From contig JAEUMR010000032.1 in the NCBI GenBank assembly GCA_016791385.1, forward strand, positions 1,153-65,152: a DNA stretch of 64,000 bases, read 5' to 3'. A program made the translations under genes and the position numbers. Position 1 is the stretch's first letter. Each line of letters begins with the position of its first letter. The DNA comes from Hyphomonadaceae bacterium (GTDB taxonomy: Bacteria > Pseudomonadota > Alphaproteobacteria > Caulobacterales > Aquidulcibacteraceae). Shown piece by piece: positions 1-8,546 of this stretch. The notes under the pieces were generated by a model. It worked only from the letters and a program-made list of their open reading frames with translations. It did no database searches and was not told the origin of the DNA.

Positions 1-445
1 GCAGCGCGGCGGCGAAGCCGACACGGCGGCGATAGCCCTTCGACAAGGTGTCGATCGGCCGGTTGATGCTGTCGCCCAGGCGCGCGTCCTGTGCTGCGCG
101 GCGCACGGCGTGGCGGGCCGCCTCGCGTGTCATGCCGCGCGCTTCGCCGATGAAACGCAGGAAATCCCACGGCGTCATCTCGCCATAAAGCGGCGCGCCT
201 TCGGGCAAATAGCCAACCCGCTCCTGGGCGCGCCGGCGCTCTTGCGCGACATCGATATTGAAGATGCGCACTGTGCCATCGTCAGGCTCAAGATAGCCCG
301 CGATCATGCGCATCGTGGTGGTCTTGCCGGCGCCGTTTGGACCGAGGAAGCCGACGATTTCGCCAGCGTCCATCGAGAAGCCTATGCCATCCACCGCGAC
401 GCGGCGGCCAAACGACTTCCGCAGCCCGTCGACCTGCAACAGCAT
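1..445 (-). CDS. ABC transporter ATP-binding protein (GldA/ABC-2 type), runs off window start
   Basis: Manual translation from ATG at 445: MLLQVDGLRKSFG...VGFLGPNGAGKTTTMRMIAG (Walker A)...VGYLPEGAPLYGEMT; absent from ORF track because truncated. Confidence 0.9.
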   Translation of the reverse strand, partial: MLLQVDGLRKSFGRRVAVDGIGFSMDAGEIVGFLGPNGAGKTTTMRMIAGYLEPDDGTVRIFNIDVAQERRRAQERVGYLPEGAPLYGEMTPWDFLRFIGEARGMTREAARHAVRRAAQDARLGDSINRPIDTLSKGYRRRVGFAAAL

Positions 446-625
446 GTAGAATAGGACCTCGAAGAAAAGCGAGCGCCGCTCTTAATTCGCTTTGGACAAA
501 AACACCACCGCTGTTCGCGCAGCGTTGCCCGGCGAATCACGGCTGGTCGGGAAGAGATGAAGATTCGCCCTCAACCGTCCGGCCCGGCTCGCGGACACAT
601 GCGCGCACGTCTGTCGACTGGGCAT

Positions 626-742
626 GAAAAAGCCCGCGAAAATCGCGGGCTGCTGGGAAGCGATGTGGCCGACCGAAGCGCGCACCCGGGGGGCTGGGGG
701 GGCTGATGGATACCGGATACGAGCCTATCTCCGGCCGGCCAC
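626..742 (-). ncRNA. Candidate small RNA: long hairpin with C-rich loop followed by intrinsic terminator
   Basis: Minus strand GTGGCCGGCCGGAG pairs with CTTCGGTCGGCCAC; CGTATCCGG pairs with CCGGGTGCG; loop CAGCCCCCCCAGCCCC; then terminator; no credible ORF. Confidence 0.6.
627..651 (-). terminator. Intrinsic terminator of the candidate sRNA
   Basis: AGCCCGCGA-TTT-TCGCGGGCT followed by T run on minus strand. Confidence 0.75.
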
Positions 743-842
743 GCACATAAAGTCGCGCCGGCTTTGGGCGAGAGCAAGCACAAAATCAGGCTAAAACCCG
801 ACCTCTGCGCATTTGTAATAATGTAGCGAATGCGCTTTTCTG

Positions 843-878
843 TTGTGCACAGGTTCTCCACAGCGGAGTTGTGAAGAA
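843..878. promoter_or_regulatory. Three DnaA-box-like 9-mers
   Basis: TTGTGCACA (843), TTCTCCACA (854), TGTGAAGAA (870; reverse TTCTTCACA), each one mismatch from TTWTNCACA. Confidence 0.4.
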
Positions 879-1189
879 TGACCACGCGAACGGTGTTTTT
901 CGAGCGTCTGGAGCTGGATCGGCTGCTTCGATTCTACGGCCAGATGGTCGCCGCCGGCGAATGGCGCGACTACGCGCTCGATGCACTACCGGACCGCGCA
1001 GTGTTCAGCGTCTACAGGCGCACCAGCGAGGCGCCGCTCTACCAGATCGAAAAGCGGCCGGAGGAAGCGCGGCGCCAGGGCGCCTACAGCGTGCGCGCTG
1101 TCGATGGCCGCATCCTGCGGCGCGGACATGACCTTGCGCGGGTGTTGGCGGTGCTGGAGCCGAAGCGCATGCGGGTCATCGGCGAATAA
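878..1189 (+). CDS. DUF2794 domain protein
   Basis: VFFERLELDRLLRFYGQMVAAGEWRDYALD...YQIEKRP...GRILRRGHDL; usual neighbour of yccA in alphaproteobacteria. Confidence 0.9.
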   Translation: MTTRTVFFERLELDRLLRFYGQMVAAGEWRDYALDALPDRAVFSVYRRTSEAPLYQIEKRPEEARRQGAYSVRAVDGRILRRGHDLARVLAVLEPKRMRVIGE

Positions 1190-1217
1190 AAACGCCCCGG
1201 CCGAGACCGGGGCGTTT
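1188..1217. terminator. Bidirectional intrinsic terminator
   Basis: AAAAACGCCCCGG-CCGAGA-CCGGGGCGTTT between convergent genes. Confidence 0.75.
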
Positions 1218-1242
1218 GCATGTCTTGCGCTAAGGCCGAGTT

Positions 1243-1995
1243 TTAGCGGCGCCCGCCCATGATCCGCAGGATCGACAGGAACAGGTTGATGAAGGTGATG
1301 TAGAGGCCGAGCGCGGCGTAGGTCGTGCCGACTGAGATCGCCCGCTGATCGCCGCCCAGATCATAGTACATGTACTTGATCATTTGCGTCTTGTAGGCGG
1401 TCAGGCCCGAGAAGACCAAAACGCCGATCACCGAGATCGCGAAATCGAGGCCATTGATCGGAGCGCCGGTGAAATAGGCGAAGCCGAGGTTCACTACCGA
1501 GGCGAGGATCATGCCGATCACGCCCATGTAGAGGAACGTGCCCCAACCTGTGAGATCACGCTTGGTGGTGTAGCCCCACAGCGACAGACCGCCGAACGTC
1601 GCGGCCGTGACCAGCAACGCTTTGACGATAGTCATCATGCCCGAAGCGCCAGCCGCGTAGATCGCGACCGTCAGGCCCAAGCTGAGACCCATCGTGGCGA
1701 CGACGCCCCAATAGATGATGTTGGCGGCCGTCGGCGACGGATTGCGCATGAAAAAGTTCGAGATCAGGATCAGCGCCAGCGGCGCGAACAGCACCACGAA
1801 TGCCTGCGGGCCGCCAAAGAAGAGCTGCAGCAGCGCCGGCGTGACCGCGACGCCGTAAGCGATGGCGCCCGACAGCAGCAGGCCCAAGCCCATCTTATTG
1901 TAGACGCCCAGCATGAACGAACGCAGGCCGGCATCGACTGCCATGTCCGCGCGCTCGGCCGGGATCGACCGCGTCTGGAAGTGGTAGTCGCTCAT
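1243..1995 (-). CDS. Bax inhibitor-1/YccA family membrane protein
   Basis: DAGLRSFMLGVYNKM...YTTKRDL...ALGLYITFINLF; strong SD AAGGAGGT before ATG 1995. Confidence 0.93.
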   Translation of the reverse strand: MSDYHFQTRSIPAERADMAVDAGLRSFMLGVYNKMGLGLLLSGAIAYGVAVTPALLQLFFGGPQAFVVLFAPLALILISNFFMRNPSPTAANIIYWGVVATMGLSLGLTVAIYAAGASGMMTIVKALLVTAATFGGLSLWGYTTKRDLTGWGTFLYMGVIGMILASVVNLGFAYFTGAPINGLDFAISVIGVLVFSGLTAYKTQMIKYMYYDLGGDQRAISVGTTYAALGLYITFINLFLSILRIMGGRR

Positions 1996-2241
1996 TCGAT
2001 TTACCTCCTTGCCGCAACGGGGGATCCTGTGCGGCGCTGCTTGTATATGGCCACGCCCAGCGGCGGCAGCAAGAAAAACCGGGCAGCTTCCCGCTGTTGC
2101 GCCCTCCCCCGGCGCGCCCCAAAATGCGGTTGGCGGAAACCGCTCATTACTGTGCCGCGTTAGTAAACGACCGGTCGAAAACTGCATTGGGGCAGGGCCA
2201 CGGTCGAATCGCGCTAGGGAGCGGTCGCGGAGGAAGCCTCG

Positions 2242-4740
2242 GTGGCTGACGAGAACGACCCGAACACCCCTGAGGACGAGCGCCCGCCTGGCGCTCCGTC
2301 TGAACCCGGCGCGGAGCGCGCTGAGGCAGAGGCGGCCGCGCCCGAGAGCCTGACCCAGGAGACGGCTGATAGCTCTGAGCCTCCAGTCGCCGACGGCCCC
2401 GCCTCAGAGCCGCTGGCCGAGCAGCCTGAGACGCTAGAGCCGCTCGCCGCCCGTGACGTTGCTGCGGAGCAGTCCGCCGAGCAGCACGAGGCGCTGGAAC
2501 CCATCGCCGCCCGCGGCGCGGAGCCGGAGCCGCCTGCAGAGCCCGAAGCGCCCGTGTCGCCTGCCGTCTCGCCCGAGCAGCCTGCGGGCGACCTGCCGGC
2601 GAATTATTTCCGCGCCGCCGGCGATCCGGACGAGCCGCCGCCCGAACCGGACAGCTCCCCGCTCGCCGCCCTGCGCACGCGTGCCGAAGCCGCTTGGGCA
2701 GCGGCTCAGCCCAGATTGCGGCAATGGCGCGATACCGCCGCCGCAGCGGGCGAAGAAACGCTTCGCCGGGTCAAGGCCGTCAAGGGACCGCGCACCCTGC
2801 ACGAAGCCGCCGTCTGGAGCGGCTGGGCCGCGGCCGGCGGCGTCGCGCTCATCATCGCGTTCTTCTTCTTCGTCACTTGGGGCATGCCCTCAACTGACGA
2901 TCTGTGGGAAGCGCGGCAGGGCCAGTCGATCACCTTCCTCGACCGCAATGGCCACGTGATCCTGCGCGAAGGCGCGCAGAACGCACCGCCGGTGGATCTG
3001 GCGTCGTTGCCGGCCTACGTGCCGCAAGCCTTCATCGCCATCGAAGACCGCCGTTTCTATCACCATCTCGGCGTCGATTTCGGCGGCATGATGCGCGCGA
3101 GCGCGACCAATCTGCGCGCCGGCCGCGTCGTGCAAGGCGGCTCGACCATCACCCAGCAGCTGGCGAAGAACCTGTTCCTGACCAACGAGCGCTCATGGCG
3201 GCGCAAGGCGCAGGAAATCATGCTCGCCTTCTGGCTCGAGAGCCGCTTCCAGAAAGATGAGATTCTCGCGCTCTATTTGAGCCGTGTGTACTTTGGCGCC
3301 GGCGCTTACGGCATCGAAGCGGCGGCCGAGCGCTATTTCGACCGCCCTGCGCGCGAGCTGACACTGCTGCAATCGGCGATGCTCGCTGGCCTCGTCAAAG
3401 CGCCCTCGCGGCTCAATCCGGCAAGCCAGGACATCGCCGCCGCGCGCGACCGCGCCACCGTCGTGCTCAACGAAATGGTGAACATGGGCTACATCAGCGC
3501 CGCCGAACGCGACGCGGCGTTGCAGGAAGAATTGGTGATCAGCCGGCGCAATCCGGCCGGCGTCCTTTCGTATTATCGCGACTGGATCGATCCGCTGCTG
3601 AGCCAAGTGATCGGCAACCAGCGCGACGACTTCATCGTCGAAACCACCATCGACATCGCCGCGCAGCGCGCCGCGACCGAAGCGGTGCAGACAGTGCTCG
3701 GCGAGCAAGGCGAAGCGCGACGCGTCGGTCAGGGCGCCGCCGTGGTCATGGACGATCAGGGCGGCGTGCGCGCCATGGTGGGCGGGCGCGATTACGAGCA
3801 GAGCCAGTTCAACCGCGTGACCCAGGCGCGGCGGCAACCGGGCTCTTCGTTCAAATACTTCATCTATCTGGCGGCGATGGAGAACGGCCTGACGCCATGG
3901 AGCATCCGCGACGATGCGCCGATCACCATCTCCATCCCCGGCCAGCCGGACTGGACGCCCGGCAATTACACCAACGAATTCCATGGCCCGGTCACGCTGA
4001 CGAGCGCGTTCGCCAACTCGTTCAACATGGTCGCCATTCGCGTCGCCAACGAAGTCGGCGGCGACAAGGTGATCGACGTCGCGCGCAGGCTGGGCATCAC
4101 CACGCCGCTGGCGAACTACCACTCGCTCTCGCTCGGCGCCCAGGAAGTGAACCTGCTCGAAATGGTCGGCGCTTATGGCGCGATGGCGTCCGAAGGCTAT
4201 CGCGTCGAGCCGCACGGCATCGCCCGCATCCGCCGCGCCAACAACAGCGAGACGATGTGGAGCTGGCGGGCCCAGCACCGCGAGCGCGTGATCGAAGAGC
4301 GGCCGATGCGCTACATGAACCTCATGATGGAGCGCGTGGTGCAGGCTGGCACCGGCACGCGCGCGCGCATGAGCAGCTTCCAGATTGGCGGCAAGACCGG
4401 CACCGGCAACGATTACCGCGACGCGTGGTTCATCGGCTTCACCCCCGGCATGGTCGCCGGCGTGTGGGTCGGCAACGACAATTTCACCGAGACCGCGCGC
4501 GTCACCGGCGGCTCCCTGCCCGCCGACATCTGGGCGCGCTTCATGCCGGTGGCGCTACGCAACACGCAATCGCGTCCGCTCGAAATGCCGCGCGAGGAAG
4601 ATTACGACGAGGGCCTGCCCTCGCCTGAAGCGCCGACTATCACGGCAGTCGGCGCGCCGCTTGGCAGTGGCATCGGCGCGCAACCGGCGCCCCCGCCCGA
4701 CAACAAGGATCGTTCGCTCGATTTCGGCCCCGAGGGCTAG
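2242..4740 (+). CDS. Class A penicillin-binding protein with long acidic Pro-rich N-terminal tail
   Basis: Transglycosylase motifs EDRRFY, GGSTITQQ, RKAQE; transpeptidase SSFK, SFN, KTG; one TM segment. Confidence 0.93.
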   Translation: MADENDPNTPEDERPPGAPSEPGAERAEAEAAAPESLTQETADSSEPPVADGPASEPLAEQPETLEPLAARDVAAEQSAEQHEALEPIAARGAEPEPPAEPEAPVSPAVSPEQPAGDLPANYFRAAGDPDEPPPEPDSSPLAALRTRAEAAWAAAQPRLRQWRDTAAAAGEETLRRVKAVKGPRTLHEAAVWSGWAAAGGVALIIAFFFFVTWGMPSTDDLWEARQGQSITFLDRNGHVILREGAQNAPPVDLASLPAYVPQAFIAIEDRRFYHHLGVDFGGMMRASATNLRAGRVVQGGSTITQQLAKNLFLTNERSWRRKAQEIMLAFWLESRFQKDEILALYLSRVYFGAGAYGIEAAAERYFDRPARELTLLQSAMLAGLVKAPSRLNPASQDIAAARDRATVVLNEMVNMGYISAAERDAALQEELVISRRNPAGVLSYYRDWIDPLLSQVIGNQRDDFIVETTIDIAAQRAATEAVQTVLGEQGEARRVGQGAAVVMDDQGGVRAMVGGRDYEQSQFNRVTQARRQPGSSFKYFIYLAAMENGLTPWSIRDDAPITISIPGQPDWTPGNYTNEFHGPVTLTSAFANSFNMVAIRVANEVGGDKVIDVARRLGITTPLANYHSLSLGAQEVNLLEMVGAYGAMASEGYRVEPHGIARIRRANNSETMWSWRAQHRERVIEERPMRYMNLMMERVVQAGTGTRARMSSFQIGGKTGTGNDYRDAWFIGFTPGMVAGVWVGNDNFTETARVTGGSLPADIWARFMPVALRNTQSRPLEMPREEDYDEGLPSPEAPTITAVGAPLGSGIGAQPAPPPDNKDRSLDFGPEG
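2401..2520 (+). repeat. Degenerate 60-bp in-frame tandem duplication in PBP tail
   Basis: AEQPETLEPLAARD / AEQHEALEPIAARG at exact 60-nt period. Confidence 0.7.
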
Positions 4741-4826
4741 CATCAGGCGCCAGTGCGACGGCGCAAGCTGTTGCGCAGATCGGCTCCGGCATGCTTCGTT
4801 GCGCCGACGACTTCAGGAGGCGCGGC

Positions 4827-5387
4827 ATGCAATGGACCAACAACGAGCGCGGCTATGGCTGGCTCTCGATCGCTCTGCATTGGATCGCCGCGGCCATCAT
4901 CATCATGATGCTGCTGACCGGCTTCCGCGCTGAGCAACTTGGCGAAGCCGGCGACCGCGCGGGCCGGGCCGCGGCGATGGGATGGCACATTTCCATCGGC
5001 GGCGCGCTGGCCCTGATCCTGCTGATCCGGGTGATTTCCAGCTATGTGCAAAAGCGGCCGACGCCGATCGAGCAACCGCGTCCGCTGATGCTGCTCGCCG
5101 GCGCAACGCACCATCTGCTGCTGATCGGCATTCTGCTTCAGATCGTGTCGGGTCCGCTCGCAGTTTGGTCAGGCGGGAGAGCGATCAACATTTTCGACCT
5201 CTTCTCGCTGCCGAGCCCGTTTGCCGAGCGCAATGGCGGCGCACATGAGCTGGCCGAAACGCTTCATGCGATCGGACGCTGGATCATCATCATCTTCGGA
5301 TCGTTGCACGTGCTCGCCGTCATCCGGCACGCGTTCGGCAAGACGGGCGTGATGCGCCGGATGCTCGCCCCGCCAGCTTCGAACTAA
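4827..5387 (+). CDS. Cytochrome b561 family protein
   Basis: YGWLSIALHW, WHISIG, H...LHVLAVIRH heme histidines; SD AGGAGG. Confidence 0.88.
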   Translation: MQWTNNERGYGWLSIALHWIAAAIIIMMLLTGFRAEQLGEAGDRAGRAAAMGWHISIGGALALILLIRVISSYVQKRPTPIEQPRPLMLLAGATHHLLLIGILLQIVSGPLAVWSGGRAINIFDLFSLPSPFAERNGGAHELAETLHAIGRWIIIIFGSLHVLAVIRHAFGKTGVMRRMLAPPASN

Positions 5388-6127
5388 CGCACCAACCCAA
5401 CCGCGTGCAGCGCGCTGCCATGTTCGTGCAGCCAAGCGCGCCCGCGCTCGTAGTCCGGCATGCAACGGCGCACATGCGCCCAGAAGCGGCGTGAATGGTT
5501 CATCTCGCGCAAGTGCGAGACTTCGTGCGCAGCCAGATAATCGAGCACGAACGGCGGCGCCAGGATAAGCCGCCACGAGAACGAGAGCATGCCGTCGGCC
5601 GAGCACGATCCCCAGCGCGAGCGCAATTCCTTCACCTGCAAGCGCGCAGGCTTCACCTCAAGCGTCACAGCATGGCGCGCAACCCGGTCGATCAGATCTT
5701 CCCGCGCCTGATCCTTGAGAAAGCGCAGTAGACGCGCCTCAAACAAGGCCACGTCGGGCGCGGGCACGATCAGGCGCTGGCACGGCGCCGCCTCCAGCCG
5801 CGCCGCCGCGCGGCCGTGCTCATACACGAGCTCATGTTCAACGCCGCGCAGCGTGATCCGCGCGCCAGGCGCGAGGCGAACCCCCTGCGGCAAGCGCGAC
5901 AATTCTTGCGCGATCCAACCCGCCCGCTCGGCTGCGAATTGCGCGGCGTGCTTCAAGTAGCGCTTCGAGGGCGCGGTAGCGATGGCTTCGCGGCGCGTGG
6001 GATCAATGCGCACGGAGACGTGGCGCGCGCGTGGATTGACGATCAACTTGACCGGCACGCGCCGGCCGTCGATCGTTTCGATCTCGGTCTGAGTTTCTTC
6101 GACCTTCCGCTGCGAATCGAAGCGCAT
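5384..6127 (-). CDS. M48/YgjP (DUF45) family metallohydrolase
   Basis: RSRWGSCS...LDYLAAHEVSHLREMNHSRRFW; start uncertain. Confidence 0.88.
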   Translation of the reverse strand: MRFDSQRKVEETQTEIETIDGRRVPVKLIVNPRARHVSVRIDPTRREAIATAPSKRYLKHAAQFAAERAGWIAQELSRLPQGVRLAPGARITLRGVEHELVYEHGRAAARLEAAPCQRLIVPAPDVALFEARLLRFLKDQAREDLIDRVARHAVTLEVKPARLQVKELRSRWGSCSADGMLSFSWRLILAPPFVLDYLAAHEVSHLREMNHSRRFWAHVRRCMPDYERGRAWLHEHGSALHAVGLVR

Positions 6128-6207
6128 ACGAAAGAATCTCACGAAGCGGCGTTTCACGCACGCCAAACTCGCGCTCCATGCGCGAGGCGATCTGAGGATA
6201 AAGCGCG

Positions 6208-7500
6208 CTATTCGCCGACAAGCCGGAGATTCGAGCGGCGAATGCCGCGCGCCGCCGGGCTTTGGAACGCGCGCATGAACTCGCGCACCCGCGGATAGAT
6301 TTCGGTCTTGAAGCGGCGCCCGCTGAAGACGCCGTAATGTCCTACGCCGGGCTGGATGTAGTCGCGTTGCATGTGCTCGGGCACGTTCACGCACAATTCG
6401 TGCGCCGCTTGCGTTTGGCCAATGCCGGAGATGTCGTCGTTCTCGCCTTCGACGGTCAGCAACGCGGTCTTGCGGATAGCGCCAGGATCGACGCGGTGGC
6501 CGCGATGATCGAACTGGCCCGCAGGCAGACTATAGCGCTGGAACACCTCGATCAGCGTCTGGATGTAGAACTCTTCAGAGAGATCCATCACCGCAAGATA
6601 CTCGTCGTAGAATTCGCGGTGCTTTTCCGTGGAATCGCCGTCGCCCTTCACCAGGTTCTGGAAGTACGAATAGTGGGCATCGACATGGCGCGAGAGGTTC
6701 ATCCCCATGAAGCTCGCGAGTTGCAGAAAGCCTGGGTACACACGGCGGAATGCGCCGGGGTAAAGCGCCGGCACCGTATGGATCATGTTGTTCTTGAACC
6801 AATCGATGTCGCGCGTTTCTGCAAGCTTGTTCGGCGTCGTCGGCGATTTGCGCGCGTCGATCGGCGAACCCATGATGGTCATCGTCGCCGGCGCACACGG
6901 ATCGTCTTCTTCCGAAAGCAGCGAGACTGCCGCAAGCACAGCCGGCCCCGGCTGGCATACGGCGACGACATGGGTGTCGGGCCCGAGCGAGCGCAACATG
7001 CCCATGACGTGATCGATATAGTCGTTGAGGTCGAAGCGCCCGCCGAGCACCGGCACCATGCGCGCGTCGGACCAATCGGTGATATACACTTCGTGCTCAG
7101 GCAGGAACGCTTCCACCGTGCCGCGCAACAGCGTCGCATAATGGCCCGACATCGGCGCGACGATCAGAACTGTCGGATCGCTGCCCTCGCCGCGCGCCGA
7201 ACGCAACGCATCGGCGTCGCGCTCGAAGTGCGTCAGGCGGCACCACGGCGTCGACCACGCCGTCTTTGGCGTCACCGCAACCTCGACCCCGTTTACGCTC
7301 GTCGTGGGCAGGTTCCAAAGCGGCTTGGCGTACCGGCGTGTCATGCTTTCGAACAGATCGGCAGCGGCGGCGGCCGTGCGCGCGACATCGGTATCGGCCG
7401 CGGGATTGAGCGGAGATCGCAACATCGACGACTGCATCATCGCCGCGATCCGAAGCGGCGCTACAGAGAGGTGACCCAGTTCATAGAGCGAATAGAGCAT
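6208..7500 (-). CDS. phaZ: Intracellular polyhydroxyalkanoate depolymerase
   Basis: VAPMSGHYATLLRGTV, AVCQP, TVEGENDDISGIGQT, GHYGVFSG. Confidence 0.95.
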   Translation of the reverse strand: MLYSLYELGHLSVAPLRIAAMMQSSMLRSPLNPAADTDVARTAAAAADLFESMTRRYAKPLWNLPTTSVNGVEVAVTPKTAWSTPWCRLTHFERDADALRSARGEGSDPTVLIVAPMSGHYATLLRGTVEAFLPEHEVYITDWSDARMVPVLGGRFDLNDYIDHVMGMLRSLGPDTHVVAVCQPGPAVLAAVSLLSEEDDPCAPATMTIMGSPIDARKSPTTPNKLAETRDIDWFKNNMIHTVPALYPGAFRRVYPGFLQLASFMGMNLSRHVDAHYSYFQNLVKGDGDSTEKHREFYDEYLAVMDLSEEFYIQTLIEVFQRYSLPAGQFDHRGHRVDPGAIRKTALLTVEGENDDISGIGQTQAAHELCVNVPEHMQRDYIQPGVGHYGVFSGRRFKTEIYPRVREFMRAFQSPAARGIRRSNLRLVGE

Positions 7501-7512
7501 GCCTAGCTTTCG

Positions 7513-7527
7513 TGCTGCACTGCAGCA
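7513..7527. promoter_or_regulatory. PhaR-type operator upstream of phaZ
   Basis: Perfect palindrome TGCTGCA-C-TGCAGCA containing CTGC-N3-GCAG, 13 bp before the phaZ ATG. Confidence 0.65.
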
Positions 7528-7676
7528 ATCCGCCGAACATAGTGGCGGTTTCCCGTTTCAAACAAGCTAAGACGCCTGCCTGGGGCTCCCTTCCCCCGGG
7601 CACGAGACCCATTTTTTCGGGTTCCCGCCGCAGCCCGTTAACCTCTGTAGCGACGGTTATCCGGACCGCCAAGGCT

Positions 7677-8384
7677 TCAGCTGCGCTCCAAGCCGGCGGC
7701 AATGCAGGCGGCAATGGTCTCCGGCGGGGTGGCAACCATCGGGCTCGTGGGGTTGCTCGGATCGGAGCGGCGCATGGTCGGGACCACCGCACGGGTGCGC
7801 CATTGGCCGTCCATCACGTACAGGAACGAGGAATGGTCGACATTGTAGACGTCAGCCGCAGCACCCGGAATCGGCGCTTTGGCGGCATAGACGCGGAAGG
7901 CACGCTTGGCCGCCTCGATCTGCGCTTCGGACCCGGACAGTCCGACCAAACCGGAGGGATAGCCGTCAGTATGCACGTAAGCAGCCATGACGGCCGGCGT
8001 ATCGCGCGCCGGATCGACCGTGATCAGAACGGGTTGAACATCATACCCGTTCGGCTGCGCCAGCGCTTGCGCCAGCGTGTACATGGTCGTGGGGCACACG
8101 TCCGGGCAGTGCGTGAAGCCAAAATAGACGACCGCCGGCTGGCCGGCGAAATCCGCTTGCGTCACCCGCGCGCCATTGGAGTCGAGGAGATCAATGGGAC
8201 CGCCGATGGCGTCCGTTTGCTCCAGAATGCAGTCACGAAGCGCCGGATCGGTCTGCGCAGTCTGCTCCCCGCCGTTTCGGCTGACGAGAAAAAGCGCGCC
8301 TAATGCAGCCAAAACCGCGGCCGCCACAGCGGGCGCCACGGCTCGGGTGAGGTTACGGCGCGGCGTCTCGACGGGGTCTGCCAT
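7677..8384 (-). CDS. senC: SCO family copper chaperone (SenC/PrrC)
   Basis: YFGFTHCPDVCP, ITVDPARDT, YNVDHSS; divergent from regB. Confidence 0.9.
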   Translation of the reverse strand: MADPVETPRRNLTRAVAPAVAAAVLAALGALFLVSRNGGEQTAQTDPALRDCILEQTDAIGGPIDLLDSNGARVTQADFAGQPAVVYFGFTHCPDVCPTTMYTLAQALAQPNGYDVQPVLITVDPARDTPAVMAAYVHTDGYPSGLVGLSGSEAQIEAAKRAFRVYAAKAPIPGAAADVYNVDHSSFLYVMDGQWRTRAVVPTMRRSDPSNPTSPMVATPPETIAACIAAGLERS

Positions 8385-8546
8385 CACGCGACCTAGCCGC
8401 AACGCCCTGACAAGGATCAAGGCGACGCAGGGGCGCATGCGCGCTTTGACGCAGGCCAAGATTGTGCAACGCAAGATGTGACGATATCGCGAGCGAGCGC
8501 CGCGTAGGCCCTTGAGTTCGGCGCCGCAGCAAGCGCAAGAGGCATC

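Noticed and set aside
110-454. + strand 114-aa ORF in the track
   Set aside because: Antisense shadow of the minus-strand ABC ATPase.
8422-8455. GCG-N9-CGC RegA-like sites between senC and regB
   Set aside because: Motif too degenerate to call in a GC-rich background.
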